NCBI GenBank assembly: GCA_015064015.1 | Contig: SVTB01000003.1 | Span: 1 to 43,229, forward strand | Direction of reading: 5' to 3' | Source of the DNA: Oscillospiraceae bacterium | Lineage (GTDB): Bacteria > Bacillota > Clostridia > Oscillospirales > CAG-272 | DNA: 43,229 nucleotides | Shown here: piece after piece, positions 7,796-17,825 of the stretch | Position numbering within the stretch: position 1 is the stretch's first letter | Layout of the letters: every line of letters starts with the position of its first letter | Notes under the pieces: generated by a model | Told to the model about the DNA's origin: nothing | What the model saw: only the letters and a program-made list of their open reading frames with translations | The model's database searches: none | Program-made: the position numbers and the translations under genes

Positions 7796-9685
7796 TTATT
7801 GCCCTTTGGCCAGCCGTTCTTTTTCAAACTGCATGGAATAGAGAGCATAGTAGCGGCCTTTCATGGCCAAAAGCTCGGCATGGGTGCCTTCCTCCTTGAT
7901 CTCGCCGTGAGCCAGATAAATGATCTTGTCGGCGTGCTGAATGGTGGAAAGTCTGTGTGCTACCATGAGCATAGTGCCGATGTTCATCATTTTTTCAAGG
8001 GAATCCTGAATCAAAAGCTCGGTTTCGGTGTCGATGTTAGCGGTAGCCTCGTCCAAAATCATCACGGAAGGCTTGTGCACGATGGTACGTGCAAAGGAGA
8101 GCAGTTGACGTTGTCCCGCTGAGAAGTTGTTGCCGCGGTCACGGACTTCTTCATCCAGCCCGGCGGGGAGCTTGTTAATGAAATGGTCGGCGTTGACGTA
8201 ACGGCAAGCCTCCATAACGGTGTTGTCATCAATGCCCTCGGCACCCAACAGGATGTTGGAGCGGATGGTACCCGAGAAGAGGAATACATCCTGGAGCATC
8301 TGACCGAAATGGCGACGGAGGGAAGATATTTGAATGGTGCGGATGTCCCGTCCATCCACAAGGATCTGTCCCTTTTGGATATCCCAGTTGCGGCAGAGCA
8401 GAGAAAGGATGGTGGTTTTACCGGATCCTGTAGCACCCACAAAGGCAACGGTGTCTCCGGCGGCTACATGGAAGGATACACCCTTCAGTACCCACTCTCC
8501 CTCCTTATAAGCGAACCAGACGTCACGGAACTCGATTTCTCCCTTAACCTCTTCCAATTCTACAGCATCGGGCGCATCCTGTACCTCGGGAACCATGTCG
8601 AAGATGGTAAAGATTTTTTCTGCCGATGCGTATGCCGACTGAAGCCAGTTGAACTGCTCGGCTAAATTCTGAATGGGGTTAAAGAATTTGTTGATATAGG
8701 AGTAGAAGGTAACCACAAGACCGCCGGTGATGGTTTGTCCGAGGAACACCACGTCCTTGATCACGCCCCGTGCTGCCAAATACAAAAGACAGAGCACCGA
8801 GGAAATGTACAGCATATATACCAGCGGACGGAAGATACTGAATACCAGCATTTCACCCCGCTTGGCACGTCCTAGCTCGACATTCTTTTTGTCAAATTCA
8901 TTTTTCTTTCCTTCCTCTCGGTTGAAGATCTGAATGATCTTCATGCCCGACAGGTTTTCGGACAGGAATGTGTTGATATCGGTGGTGCCGTCCTTGACGC
9001 GGCGATAGGCCTTGCGGGAGAATTTGCGGAAGATCATGGTGAATAGCACGATGAAGGGCACGAAGCACAGCACCATGAAGGTCAGCATATAATTAAGGCA
9101 CAGCATGGCGGTGAGAACACCGATAATAACAAAGCAATTCTTGATCAGATTGACAATCAGGTTGGTGAACATCATGGAGATGGCGCCCGTATCGTTGGTT
9201 ACACGGGTAACCAGCTTGCCCACGGGAATGCTGCTGAGCTGATTGTGAGAGAGCCTTTCGATATGGACGAAGAGATCCTCGCGGATGCGGGAGACGATTT
9301 TCTGTCCTGTTTTTTGAAGGATAATGGCTTGGAAGTAGGTGCAGATCAGGGAAACGGCCAAAATTCCGGCGTACATGACAACCATGGAGAGCAGATAGGA
9401 CATTTCAAAGTCTGCCTTGATGACCTCGATGATGTGACCCATGAGAATGGGGGAGACAATATCGTAGGCGATGGAAAACAGCATGATGAAAAGCACCAAA
9501 GCAAAGCTGCCAATGTGGGGCTTAGCGTAAATGAGCAGACGGTGGGTGATCTCGCTATCCTTCATGTTACGGTCGAAGCCGATGGCTTCTTTTTGCTTGC
9601 GAATGGTCATGAAGGCCACAATGAAAATGAGGGAAACAATTCCCAAAATGCCGCCTACGGCGATCAAAGGAAAGAACTCATGCAT
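7796..9685 (-). CDS. Heterodimeric ABC exporter subunit (TMD+NBD)
   Basis: Multi-TM N-terminal domain, Walker A GATGSGKT, signature FSAGQRQL, Walker B ILDEATANID, H-loop AHRLST. Overlaps the partner gene stop. Confidence 0.93.
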   Translation of the reverse strand: MHEFFPLIAVGGILGIVSLIFIVAFMTIRKQKEAIGFDRNMKDSEITHRLLIYAKPHIGSFALVLFIMLFSIAYDIVSPILMGHIIEVIKADFEMSYLLSMVVMYAGILAVSLICTYFQAIILQKTGQKIVSRIREDLFVHIERLSHNQLSSIPVGKLVTRVTNDTGAISMMFTNLIVNLIKNCFVIIGVLTAMLCLNYMLTFMVLCFVPFIVLFTMIFRKFSRKAYRRVKDGTTDINTFLSENLSGMKIIQIFNREEGKKNEFDKKNVELGRAKRGEMLVFSIFRPLVYMLYISSVLCLLYLAARGVIKDVVFLGQTITGGLVVTFYSYINKFFNPIQNLAEQFNWLQSAYASAEKIFTIFDMVPEVQDAPDAVELEEVKGEIEFRDVWFAYKEGEWVLKGVSFHVAAGDTVAFVGATGSGKTTILSLLCRNWDIQKGQILVDGRDIRTIQISSLRRHFGQMLQDVFLFSGTIRSNILLGAEGIDDNTVMEACRYVNADHFINKLPAGLDEEVRDRGNNFSAGQRQLLSFARTIVHKPSVMILDEATANIDTETELLIQDSLEKMMNIGTMLMVAHRLSTIQHADKIIYLAHGEIKEEGTHAELLAMKGRYYALYSMQFEKERLAKGQ

Positions 9686-11495
9686 GAGAGATCACCTCCT
9701 TTGTCATGGATACGGGGGAGGAATGGGTTGTGGTTTCGTCGTCCAAGCGCTGCAGCTCGACCATGCGGCGATATTCGGGGCAGGTATCGCACAGGGTCTT
9801 ATGACTTCCCACGGCGATGACACGGCCATCGTCGATAAAGATGATCTTATCCATGGATTCTACGGTGGAAATGCGGTGCGCGATCAGAATGGTAGTCTTG
9901 CCTGTCCGTTCGCGGCGCAGGTTTTCCAGAATGACTTTTTCGGTTTTGACATCCACAGCGGATACGGAATCATCCAGAATGAGAAGCCCTGCATCCTTGA
10001 GCAGAGCACGGGCGATAGAGATGCGTTGCTTCTGACCGCCCGAGACGGTGACACCTCGCTCTCCCAAAATGGTTTCATAGCCTAGAGTGAACTCAGAGAT
10101 GTTATCGTGGATATCCGCCAGCTTAGCAGCGTTTTGTACGGTTTCGCTGTCTGCCTCGCCCAAGGCAAAGGCAATATTATGAGCAATGGTGTCGCTGAAC
10201 AGGAAATTATCCTGAGGAACATAAGCGGCAAACTGACGGACGGTGCGGATGGGAATACGGTTGACGTCGTATCCGTCCACAAACAGGGTGCCGTCTGGAA
10301 CGTTATAGGTGCGGAGGATGAGATCCACCAGGGTGGTCTTTCCTGCGCCGGTCTTACCGATAATACCCACTTGCTCACCGGCCTTGATAGCAAAGGATAC
10401 GTCGGTGAGGGCATCGTATTCCGCACCGGGATGGCGGAAGGTCAGGTTTTTAAACTCGATATCGCCCTTAAGGGGGGCAGGCTCTTTGACATCGGGGCTG
10501 TCCACCACGTCAGGCTTGGCTTCCAGCAGCTCGCCGATTCTCTTGAGAGAGGCCTTACCGCGAGAACGCATTTCAATGAGCTGAGATACCGCCATGATGG
10601 GCCAAACGAGGGATGTAAAATATCCGATGAATTCCACCAACTGACCCGCATTAAAGGTTTTGTTCCACACAAGGTAACCGCCATAGCCCAACACCACACA
10701 AATGACGGATTCCACGAACAGGGTTACGAAAATATTGAGCAATACAGAGATCCTTGTGAAAGCGACGTTGGTTGCCTCATTGTTTTTATTGAGCTTTTTG
10801 AAGGACATGAGCTCAATCGTCTCCTTGACAAAGGCCTTGATGACGGCGATTCCCGAAAAGCTTTCCTGAGAAAAATCCGACAGGGAGGAGAAGGCGGCTT
10901 GGCGATCGTCCCACTTCTTTTCAAGACGGTGGTCCAAAATGGCGCCGATGACCAAGAGGAAGGTCATGGGGATGAGCGAAAAAAGGGTGAGCAGAGGATT
11001 CATGCGAAACATTTTGTAGAGCGCCATGATACCGAGACACACCGCGTCAAAGAACATGAGCACACCCCAGCCAAAACAATCCTGTACCGTTTCAAGATCA
11101 TTGGTGAAAAGGGTCATGAGGTTGCCGACTTTGTGTACTTGGTAGTATTGCTGGGATAGATCCTTGCAATGGTCAAACATTTGGCCGCGCAGGTGTGTCT
11201 CCATCTTGATGGCCGCGCCGCGGAAACAGATGCGCCAAAGAAACCGCCCGAGGATGATAAACACGATGACAATCATGAGGGGGAGGCAGATTTCGTCCAA
11301 AAGAAACTCCATGGTAAAGGCCTTTTCGGTGCCTTCATGGAAAACGACACCGTCATTGATGCCGTTGACCGTCATGCGGTACAGCTCGGGTACAATGAGC
11401 TGGAGATAGTTTACCATGAGAAGCGCCAAAAGACCCACCGCAAGGGCAGGGAGATAGCGCAGATAGTATCGGTTGATATGTTTACCGAACAGCAT
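9678..11495 (-). CDS. Heterodimeric ABC exporter subunit (TMD+NBD, degenerate catalytic base)
   Basis: Walker A GKTGAGKT, signature VSGGQKQR, Walker B ILDDSVSAVD (D in place of E). ATG at 11495 with GAGGTG RBS. Confidence 0.93.
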   Translation of the reverse strand: MLFGKHINRYYLRYLPALAVGLLALLMVNYLQLIVPELYRMTVNGINDGVVFHEGTEKAFTMEFLLDEICLPLMIVIVFIILGRFLWRICFRGAAIKMETHLRGQMFDHCKDLSQQYYQVHKVGNLMTLFTNDLETVQDCFGWGVLMFFDAVCLGIMALYKMFRMNPLLTLFSLIPMTFLLVIGAILDHRLEKKWDDRQAAFSSLSDFSQESFSGIAVIKAFVKETIELMSFKKLNKNNEATNVAFTRISVLLNIFVTLFVESVICVVLGYGGYLVWNKTFNAGQLVEFIGYFTSLVWPIMAVSQLIEMRSRGKASLKRIGELLEAKPDVVDSPDVKEPAPLKGDIEFKNLTFRHPGAEYDALTDVSFAIKAGEQVGIIGKTGAGKTTLVDLILRTYNVPDGTLFVDGYDVNRIPIRTVRQFAAYVPQDNFLFSDTIAHNIAFALGEADSETVQNAAKLADIHDNISEFTLGYETILGERGVTVSGGQKQRISIARALLKDAGLLILDDSVSAVDVKTEKVILENLRRERTGKTTILIAHRISTVESMDKIIFIDDGRVIAVGSHKTLCDTCPEYRRMVELQRLDDETTTHSSPVSMTKEVISHA

Positions 11496-11692
11496 GGCTT
11501 CACCTCTTTTCAATGTTAAACAATCAGCTTATTTTAGCATATTTCTTCAAAAAATGCAATAGGTTTTCGGTTGAAAAAATAGTATCGAGGGTTGAAAATT
11601 CGACAGTAAAATTTTGGCTCCTACTTGCATTTGCCGAGATTTTGTGATATCATAATACCATAAGATGATGAAAGCGAAAGGAAGACCGACCC

Positions 11693-13201
11693 ATGAAAAA
11701 ACGCGTTATGAATCTTGTGAACTTTGTCCGTGGCTGTGAGCCCCGTCAGCCTTGGCAGGATCTTTATACACCCATTAAAGAAGAAATCGCGATCAACAAG
11801 AGCTACGGATTTGATCATACCGTTCTTTTGCAATATGATGCCCTCATCCGTCCCGACATGGTGGAGCTGATGAAGACAGAGGCGGACGAGCACATGGAGA
11901 TTGGCCTTTGGTTTGAGATGGGTAGACCTCTTGTGGAGGCTGTTGGTATCGAGTGGCGCGGTCGCCCCGGCTACGATTGGGACTGGTTCGTAAATCCCGG
12001 CTTCCTTCCCGCCTATACCCCCGAGCAGAGAGAGGCCATCATCGACGAGGCCTTCCGTCTCTTCAAGAAAACTTTTGGTTATTATCCCCGTGTGGCCGGT
12101 TCTTGGCTCATTGATATCCACTCCCTCGCCTACATGAGCGATAAGTATGATATGGACGCCTTTTGCGTGTGCCGCGAGCAGTTCGCCGTAGATGCCTATA
12201 CCCTATGGGGAGGCTACTACAGCGGCGGTTTCTATCCTTCCCGCAAAAATATGCTCTGCCCGGCCCAGACTCCCGAGGCGGGTATTTCTACCCCCTTGTT
12301 CCGTATGCTGGGCCTTGATCCCATGTACGGCTATGACGAGCAGAAGTATACCGACAAGATTTGGGGCTGTCCCACCATGGAGCCGGTATGGGGTCCCGGT
12401 GCCAATCCCGATGTGGTGGATTGGTATCTCGACACCTACTATAAAAATCCCTGTCTCACCCTTTCCCAAATGACCACGGGCCAAGAAAACAGCTTTGGCT
12501 GGGATATGATCCAAAACGGCTACCGGATGCAGACCGCTAAGATCGCCGCTCTCCGCGATCAGGGTTTGATCTCGGTGGAAAAGCTGGGTGACACGGGCGC
12601 GGCTTATCAAAAGGCCCACAAGGTTACTCCCGCGTCTGCTTTGTGCGCCACGACAGATTGGACGGGTGGTCATCACCAATCCGTTTGGTACAGTAGCGCC
12701 AATTACCGCACCAACCTGTTTCTTCACGAAGGAAAGCTGTTCTTCCGTGATATCACCAAATTCGACGATACTTACGCCGAGCGCTATCTTACCGAGGCCT
12801 GCACCGCTTGGGATGCTCGGTATGACAACCTTCCGGTGGTGGACGGCCGTCTATGGAGCAAGGACGGCCAAAAAAGCGAGTTGGGGATCTCTCGTCCCGT
12901 GAAGACCATGACCTGCATTGAGAAGGGCCAAGCCTTGGAGGTGGATCTTCTTTTTGCCGACGGATGCCACGGTATCATTATTTTGACCCCTGAACGCATC
13001 CTGACTCAAGCCTGCGGCAATCTCTTCTATAGCGTGGGTAACCCCGACGCAAGCATCTTCTATGCCGATGGTGCTTTCTCCTTTACCTACCGCAACTTCC
13101 CCTATACTGTGAAAGCTCAAGCTGTGGTGATCCCAGAGGCTGATGGCTATACCTTGGGCGAGCAAAACGGCAGGATTCTTTTGGAAATGGCTCACAAGTA
13201 A
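11693..13201 (+). CDS. Uncharacterised cytoplasmic protein, probable glycoside hydrolase/deacetylase-type (beta/alpha) barrel
   Basis: 502-aa ORF with AAGGA RBS and no signal peptide. The pattern TVLLQYDAL..EIGLWFE..YTPEQREAIID..FKKTFGYYP..GSW resembles NodB/GH57-like barrels. Confidence 0.55.
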   Translation: MKKRVMNLVNFVRGCEPRQPWQDLYTPIKEEIAINKSYGFDHTVLLQYDALIRPDMVELMKTEADEHMEIGLWFEMGRPLVEAVGIEWRGRPGYDWDWFVNPGFLPAYTPEQREAIIDEAFRLFKKTFGYYPRVAGSWLIDIHSLAYMSDKYDMDAFCVCREQFAVDAYTLWGGYYSGGFYPSRKNMLCPAQTPEAGISTPLFRMLGLDPMYGYDEQKYTDKIWGCPTMEPVWGPGANPDVVDWYLDTYYKNPCLTLSQMTTGQENSFGWDMIQNGYRMQTAKIAALRDQGLISVEKLGDTGAAYQKAHKVTPASALCATTDWTGGHHQSVWYSSANYRTNLFLHEGKLFFRDITKFDDTYAERYLTEACTAWDARYDNLPVVDGRLWSKDGQKSELGISRPVKTMTCIEKGQALEVDLLFADGCHGIIILTPERILTQACGNLFYSVGNPDASIFYADGAFSFTYRNFPYTVKAQAVVIPEADGYTLGEQNGRILLEMAHK

Positions 13202-13230
13202 AAATTTTCATCGAATCGAGGCAATATTTC

Positions 13231-14019
13231 ATGATCATCAATTACCATACCCACACCGTTCGTTGCAGACACGCTGCCCCGGTACCCGATGCCGCTTACG
13301 TGGAGGCCGCCTTGGAAATGGGCTTTCGCGAGTTGGGCTTTTCGGATCATGTTCCCTATCCTTTTGAGGATCTTCATATTTCGGGATGCCGTATGCGCTG
13401 TGCGGATTTACCGGACTATATGGAGAGCTTGACGGCGCTCAAGACCCAATACGCGGGGCGTATAGATATCCATATCGGCTTTGAGGCTGAATATTATCCC
13501 GCTTACTTTGATAAGCTTTTGGAAATGCTTGCGCCGTATCCTTGCGAATATTTAATTTTAGGTCAGCATTTCATCAACAATGAGATCGGAGAGCCATACA
13601 ATGGCCGGGCTACGGATTCCTCTGAGCGTATGCGCATCTATGGTGAACAATGTAAGCGAGCCATGGACACAGGCCGTTTCACCTACTTTGCCCATCCCGA
13701 TGTGTTGCACTTTACGGGAGATGAGGCTGTTTTCCGTCAGGTGTCCAGAGATCTTTGCCGTGCCGCCAAGGATTGCGGTCTGCCTTTGGAATTTAATCTT
13801 TTGGGCTTTATTGAGAACCGCCACTATCCCCGCAGAGAATTTTGGGAAGAAGCCGCTTGTGTGGGCAACGAGGTAATTTTGGGTTGGGATTCCCACCAGC
13901 CCGAGTGGATCAAGCAGCCTCAAAAGGAAGCAGAAGCGAGAGCCTACCTTGCAGAGTTGGGGCTTTCGGTGTTGGATCATCTCACCTTGGTGGATCCCTT
14001 CCTCGGAAAGCGCGGATAG
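13231..14019 (+). CDS. PHP-family phosphatase (histidinol-phosphatase HisJ-like)
   Basis: NYHTHT..C.HA, GFSDH, GFEAEY, ILGQH, AHPD and GWDSH metal-ligand motifs. Confidence 0.85.
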   Translation: MIINYHTHTVRCRHAAPVPDAAYVEAALEMGFRELGFSDHVPYPFEDLHISGCRMRCADLPDYMESLTALKTQYAGRIDIHIGFEAEYYPAYFDKLLEMLAPYPCEYLILGQHFINNEIGEPYNGRATDSSERMRIYGEQCKRAMDTGRFTYFAHPDVLHFTGDEAVFRQVSRDLCRAAKDCGLPLEFNLLGFIENRHYPRREFWEEAACVGNEVILGWDSHQPEWIKQPQKEAEARAYLAELGLSVLDHLTLVDPFLGKRG

Positions 14020-14038
14020 TGCCGTTCTGCGCAAAAAC

Positions 14039-14086
14039 AACTCCCGTACCGTTAGTCTTCTGCGTCCGACGGTACGGGAGTTTTTT
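14039..14086 (+). terminator. Intrinsic terminator
   Basis: Stem AACTCCCGTACCGT / ACGGTACGGGAGTT followed by a T-run. Confidence 0.75.
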
Positions 14087-14107
14087 CTGTAGGGGGATAA
14101 GAAACTT

Positions 14108-14148
14108 CAAAAAGAAAACGCCCATCCCTAAGGTGGGCGTTTCGTTTT
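14108..14148 (-). terminator. Intrinsic terminator downstream of rsgI
   Basis: Stem AAACGCCCAT / GTGGGCGTTT with an A-run on the left, just past the rsgI stop. Confidence 0.7.
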
Positions 14149-14151
14149 GGG

Positions 14152-15300
14152 TCAGTGCCATCCAAAAATCAGCTCCCAGAGCCACCACCACCAAGGCTTT
14201 TTCTCAGGCTCGGGCAGTATGGCGTTTCCGTTTTCGTCCGTTTCAGGCTCCGGCCATTCCTCCGGCCATTCGCTGGGCATTTGATTGGGAAAAGTCTCGG
14301 GCCAAGTGAGTTCTTCCTTGGTTTCGGGCTCTGTGGGGAGGGCTGTTTCGGTAGGCGCTTCGGTTGGAATTTCCGTCGCTGTCTCAGCCTCGGTTTCAGT
14401 CACGGATTCAACTGTTTCTGTGGGTGCGTTGGGTTCGTCGGTCTCGTCGGGTACGGATTCAGAGGTGGCGGTTTCTTCCTCCGTATCGACAGACGTGTCT
14501 GGCTCAACGGTGACCTCGGGAGGCGTTTCGACTTCTGCTTCGGTGTCAATGGGGGTGGTTGGAATCTCGGAGCTTTGCTCCTTGATGGCTTCATGAATAT
14601 CGACAACAGATTTGTCAATCCATTCCTCGATACTCACGTCGTCGCCGAGTTCCTTGATGAGCTGCAACTTGCCGGCGGTGGTTCCCAGCTTACTCGCTTC
14701 TTCAATGATCTCTCGGGTAACGACGGTGGTGATGACCTCCACGTTTTTGAGTACATCCTCGCTTTGCATATAGGAGATCAGCTTTTGATTCAGGGCTTCG
14801 GAAGCCTTTTTGGAGCCCGCAGAGGAGGAAATAAGTATTTCTGCCTGCTCGCTCGAGAGATATCCCTGCACGGATAGCTCTTGGACGGTGCGAGATAGCG
14901 CCAGTTCAATGTCTGCACCTTCCAGATTTTGGACTCCGATGCTTGAGATCAAAGCCTCGCCGTCTTGGTTGACGGCAGATACGCTGACCACGCGGTCAAA
15001 GCGATTGAGACGATACTCAATGGAGGGGTTGACGTCCACACTCACATAACCGTAGGATTGGGAGTTTAAAACCACAAAGCTCAACACGGCTCCGAGCAGG
15101 AGACAGAAGCAGGCGGCAAGAACAGCCAGCTTTTGCATGGTGCGGGGAGATTTTTGGGGATTGCTTCGGATGATCATTTCCGCCGGGATCTGTAGCTCTT
15201 GTCCCACGCGATAGCCAAGGTTATGAATTTTGACAAAACGGCCGTTTTGATTCAGTGCGATGGCCTCTTTACCTTTGGTCTCCATAATGATGACCTTCAT
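14152..15300 (-). CDS. rsgI: Anti-sigma-I factor RsgI-like membrane protein
   Basis: N-terminal RsgI_N pattern (NGRFVKI...YRVGQEL), one TM helix, conserved YVSVDVNPS...NRFDRV...AVNQDG domain, then a long T/E/P tract. Directly downstream of sigI. Confidence 0.85.
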   Translation of the reverse strand: MKVIIMETKGKEAIALNQNGRFVKIHNLGYRVGQELQIPAEMIIRSNPQKSPRTMQKLAVLAACFCLLLGAVLSFVVLNSQSYGYVSVDVNPSIEYRLNRFDRVVSVSAVNQDGEALISSIGVQNLEGADIELALSRTVQELSVQGYLSSEQAEILISSSAGSKKASEALNQKLISYMQSEDVLKNVEVITTVVTREIIEEASKLGTTAGKLQLIKELGDDVSIEEWIDKSVVDIHEAIKEQSSEIPTTPIDTEAEVETPPEVTVEPDTSVDTEEETATSESVPDETDEPNAPTETVESVTETEAETATEIPTEAPTETALPTEPETKEELTWPETFPNQMPSEWPEEWPEPETDENGNAILPEPEKKPWWWWLWELIFGWH

Positions 15301-15357
15301 GGTGCTAACCTCCTTTCGTTAGATTGGTGATGCTCGTCGGTGCCTGTCGGAGGATGG

Positions 15358-16059
15358 CTATGTTTCTTCGGCAGAACGGACGATATGCTTGAGGTATTCC
15401 GAAATAACGGGATAATCACCCAAACAAACTTCTGTGGCCGTCACAATGTATTTACGATGGCGCTCCAGCGTTTTTCGGGGTATATCACATTTTTCTTGTA
15501 AAATTTTCAAGGGCAGGGAATGATTTCTGCGCATATCTGCCACGAGAGAGGGGTTTTTGAGGATATATGCCACGGCGATGGCGCAGGCTTCTCGGGTTTT
15601 TTGGTGCTTGGGTGAAGCTTCGGGCAGTTCGGCAAAGGAAATATCATAGGCGGAAATGACGGCGGATAAGCGGGCGATCTCCTCGGCGGCGGCGCTTTGC
15701 ACCTCGGCTTGCTCTCTGTCGGCATCGTCAGAAAAATCCCGCCCTCCTTCCATTTCTTCTTCAATGGAGAGATGACCCGCGTGCCGGCTTTCGGCGCGCA
15801 GATAATCAATGATGCGATTTTTGATGATCAGCTTGGCGAATGCCTCGAAAGAGACTTCCGCGGCGGGGTCGAACTTTTTAACGGCATCGCAAAAGGCTCG
15901 GAGCGCTATGGCATATTCGTCATCGTGCTTGGTGACGAATTTGCGGCAGGAGACAGAGGCCGTGCGTATGATGAACAGATTGTACCGATGTACGAGATCG
16001 GCCAAGGCGTCATCATTTTGGGCGGCCAAAGCGATGTCTTGGTTTGTGACGTGTGCCAT
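15358..16059 (-). CDS. sigI: RNA polymerase sigma-I factor
   Basis: DDEYAIAL..F..AV..FD, SFEAFAKLIIKNRIIDYLR, SPKHQKTR and LPLK...RKTLERHRKYI are SigI hallmarks. AAGGAG RBS. Confidence 0.9.
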   Translation of the reverse strand: MAHVTNQDIALAAQNDDALADLVHRYNLFIIRTASVSCRKFVTKHDDEYAIALRAFCDAVKKFDPAAEVSFEAFAKLIIKNRIIDYLRAESRHAGHLSIEEEMEGGRDFSDDADREQAEVQSAAAEEIARLSAVISAYDISFAELPEASPKHQKTREACAIAVAYILKNPSLVADMRRNHSLPLKILQEKCDIPRKTLERHRKYIVTATEVCLGDYPVISEYLKHIVRSAEET

Positions 16060-16099
16060 CCTGTAGAGCTCCTTTCTTTTGAAATTCGATTCATGATAT

Positions 16100-16128
16100 A
16101 GTGTACCATATTTTCATGTTGAAGTCAA
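16100..16128 (-). promoter_or_regulatory. SigA-type promoter of sigI-rsgI
   Basis: Minus strand TTGACT (16128-16123), 17 bp, TGn-TACACT (16105-16100). Confidence 0.65.
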
Positions 16129-16176
16129 GTTTTTTTTCATGATAGCCGCAACAAAATTAAGGAAAGCGCAGCACAC

Positions 16177-16212
16177 AAAAAAGCGCGGCGTTCCTAAAGG
16201 AAGGCCGCGCTT
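16177..16212 (-). terminator. Intrinsic terminator after the solute-binding protein gene
   Basis: Stem AAGCGCGGCGTTCCT / AGGAAGGCCGCGCTT with an A-run on the left. Confidence 0.75.
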
Positions 16213-16229
16213 GGCGACATATGGAAGGA

Positions 16230-17792
16230 TCAGCCTTGGTTGACAATCTTATCCAGCTTGTCTACCATTTTTTTCAAGGCTCGCTCAGCAGATTTGATCT
16301 TGGCCTTGTAGGAGGATGCCACGGTGTTGTTCTTGCTGACCATAATTTGGCGGAACTGATCGTGGAAGGAAGAGAGCGCGTTGGTATAAACGATACCCGC
16401 GTCGATGTAGATATTTTCAATGATAATATCCATCATTTCCCAAGACTCGGGATCTTTCATATATTTGTAACGCAGAGCGGATTCATAGTAGGCGGGACGC
16501 ACAAGCTTGTGACCCTCGCTGGCCATACACTCCAAAACAGCACTCATTTCATCAAGACGGTTGCCCGTGACGGTGGTAGGGACGGCCATGACCGTAAACT
16601 GATCGTGCAGCAGCGTTTTGTAATCCGCTTGTGCTTCATCGTATTTGGGCATGGGAAGGACGCCAAATTCATCTTCCATCTGGCGCATATCGGGGGACTC
16701 CAGCTCCATGATACGAACGGTCGCCATGGCGGCGTTCCCCAGTGAGAACATTTTGCGGATGTCGTTTTGCTCGTCGTCCAAGCCGTAATGCTCATAGACG
16801 TAAGTGGAGCCATCGGTGCCGTAGAACAACTTCATGGTTTTCTCTGTCACATTGTACAGCTTTTCGGAATCAAACACAAACTCATAGAAGCCGTTGCTAT
16901 CCTTACGGATGATGGGCACATCGCAGGAGCTCCAGTAAGGATCCACACTGATATAGTTGGTGGTTACCAAGCCGTAAAGGTCGTTTTCGTCATCCGGAGT
17001 GCCGTCGTTGTCGTAGTGGAACAGGGGGACAAGGGAGGTCTGGTAATCCAGCGTCCACTGCTTGTTTTTCACCATGTCGTAGGGGAATTCCACCTGTGTC
17101 TCGGTAAAGAGGCGCTTGTTGAAGGTGGTGATAAAGGCAAAGCGGTAGAGGGAAAGCACCATGGAGCCGGTAACGGTGTACTGTGCGCCCTGATACTCCA
17201 TAACCTCGTTGTAGCCCTGGGACCAGTAGGGCTTGTCGAAATCCAAATATTCGGTCTGACGGAGATTGGCAAAGGTTCCGCTGATTGCCTCATTGACCGT
17301 GACGTAGGCGGCGCAGGCAACGATGTCATAATCGCCCGAACCGCTCTTGATATTGGTGGAAATTTGGGTCATAAGGGTGGTGGGGTCCGGATTGTCTTCT
17401 TCAATACTTTTGATCTTGACATTGAGCTCCTCTTCTACGTTGACGTTGCGCTCGTAGACTGAGTCATTGACAGGCTCGTTGGTGATCTTTTCCACAGCGA
17501 TTTCACCCGAAGTCCACCCCTCGCGGTAACGGCTGACGATTACAACCTCGTCTTTACCATAATCCAACTCGGCGGGAAGATCGTGCTCCACCTTGATTTC
17601 GGCTTCCTCTTCGGTTTCGATGCTTTCTTGGTTGCCTGTCACAGTGCTTTGTGTGGCGGCAATGGTTTCGCTTGGCTTTTCTTCATTCTCTTCAGGTGTG
17701 CCGCAAGAGAGAAGGGCACCGCCCAGCATAGCGGCGGCCAGAAGTGCGGCAACAGTACGGAGACGGAATAAAGGATTCTTGCTTAATTTCAT
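16230..17792 (-). CDS. Extracellular solute-binding lipoprotein (ABC sugar SBP-like), orphan
   Basis: ATG at 17792 with GGAGG RBS, lipobox LLS-C, acidic linker, and SBP family-1-like motifs (VYERN..VEE.LNV, FNKRL, WTLD, FGVLPMPKYDEAQ). Confidence 0.8.
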   Translation of the reverse strand: MKLSKNPLFRLRTVAALLAAAMLGGALLSCGTPEENEEKPSETIAATQSTVTGNQESIETEEEAEIKVEHDLPAELDYGKDEVVIVSRYREGWTSGEIAVEKITNEPVNDSVYERNVNVEEELNVKIKSIEEDNPDPTTLMTQISTNIKSGSGDYDIVACAAYVTVNEAISGTFANLRQTEYLDFDKPYWSQGYNEVMEYQGAQYTVTGSMVLSLYRFAFITTFNKRLFTETQVEFPYDMVKNKQWTLDYQTSLVPLFHYDNDGTPDDENDLYGLVTTNYISVDPYWSSCDVPIIRKDSNGFYEFVFDSEKLYNVTEKTMKLFYGTDGSTYVYEHYGLDDEQNDIRKMFSLGNAAMATVRIMELESPDMRQMEDEFGVLPMPKYDEAQADYKTLLHDQFTVMAVPTTVTGNRLDEMSAVLECMASEGHKLVRPAYYESALRYKYMKDPESWEMMDIIIENIYIDAGIVYTNALSSFHDQFRQIMVSKNNTVASSYKAKIKSAERALKKMVDKLDKIVNQG

Positions 17793-17825
17793 GGATACCT
17801 CCCGCTGAAATTTTGACGTTGATTT

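Noticed and set aside
7796-11495. Degenerate Walker B and signature motifs in the ABC pair, suggesting pseudogenes
   Set aside because: One degenerate and one consensus ATP site is the normal asymmetry of heterodimeric ABC exporters, and both ORFs are intact.
16060-16176. SigI-dependent autoregulatory promoter upstream of sigI
   Set aside because: No convincing A-tract plus CGWA at proper spacing was found by eye. Only a SigA-type promoter is supported.
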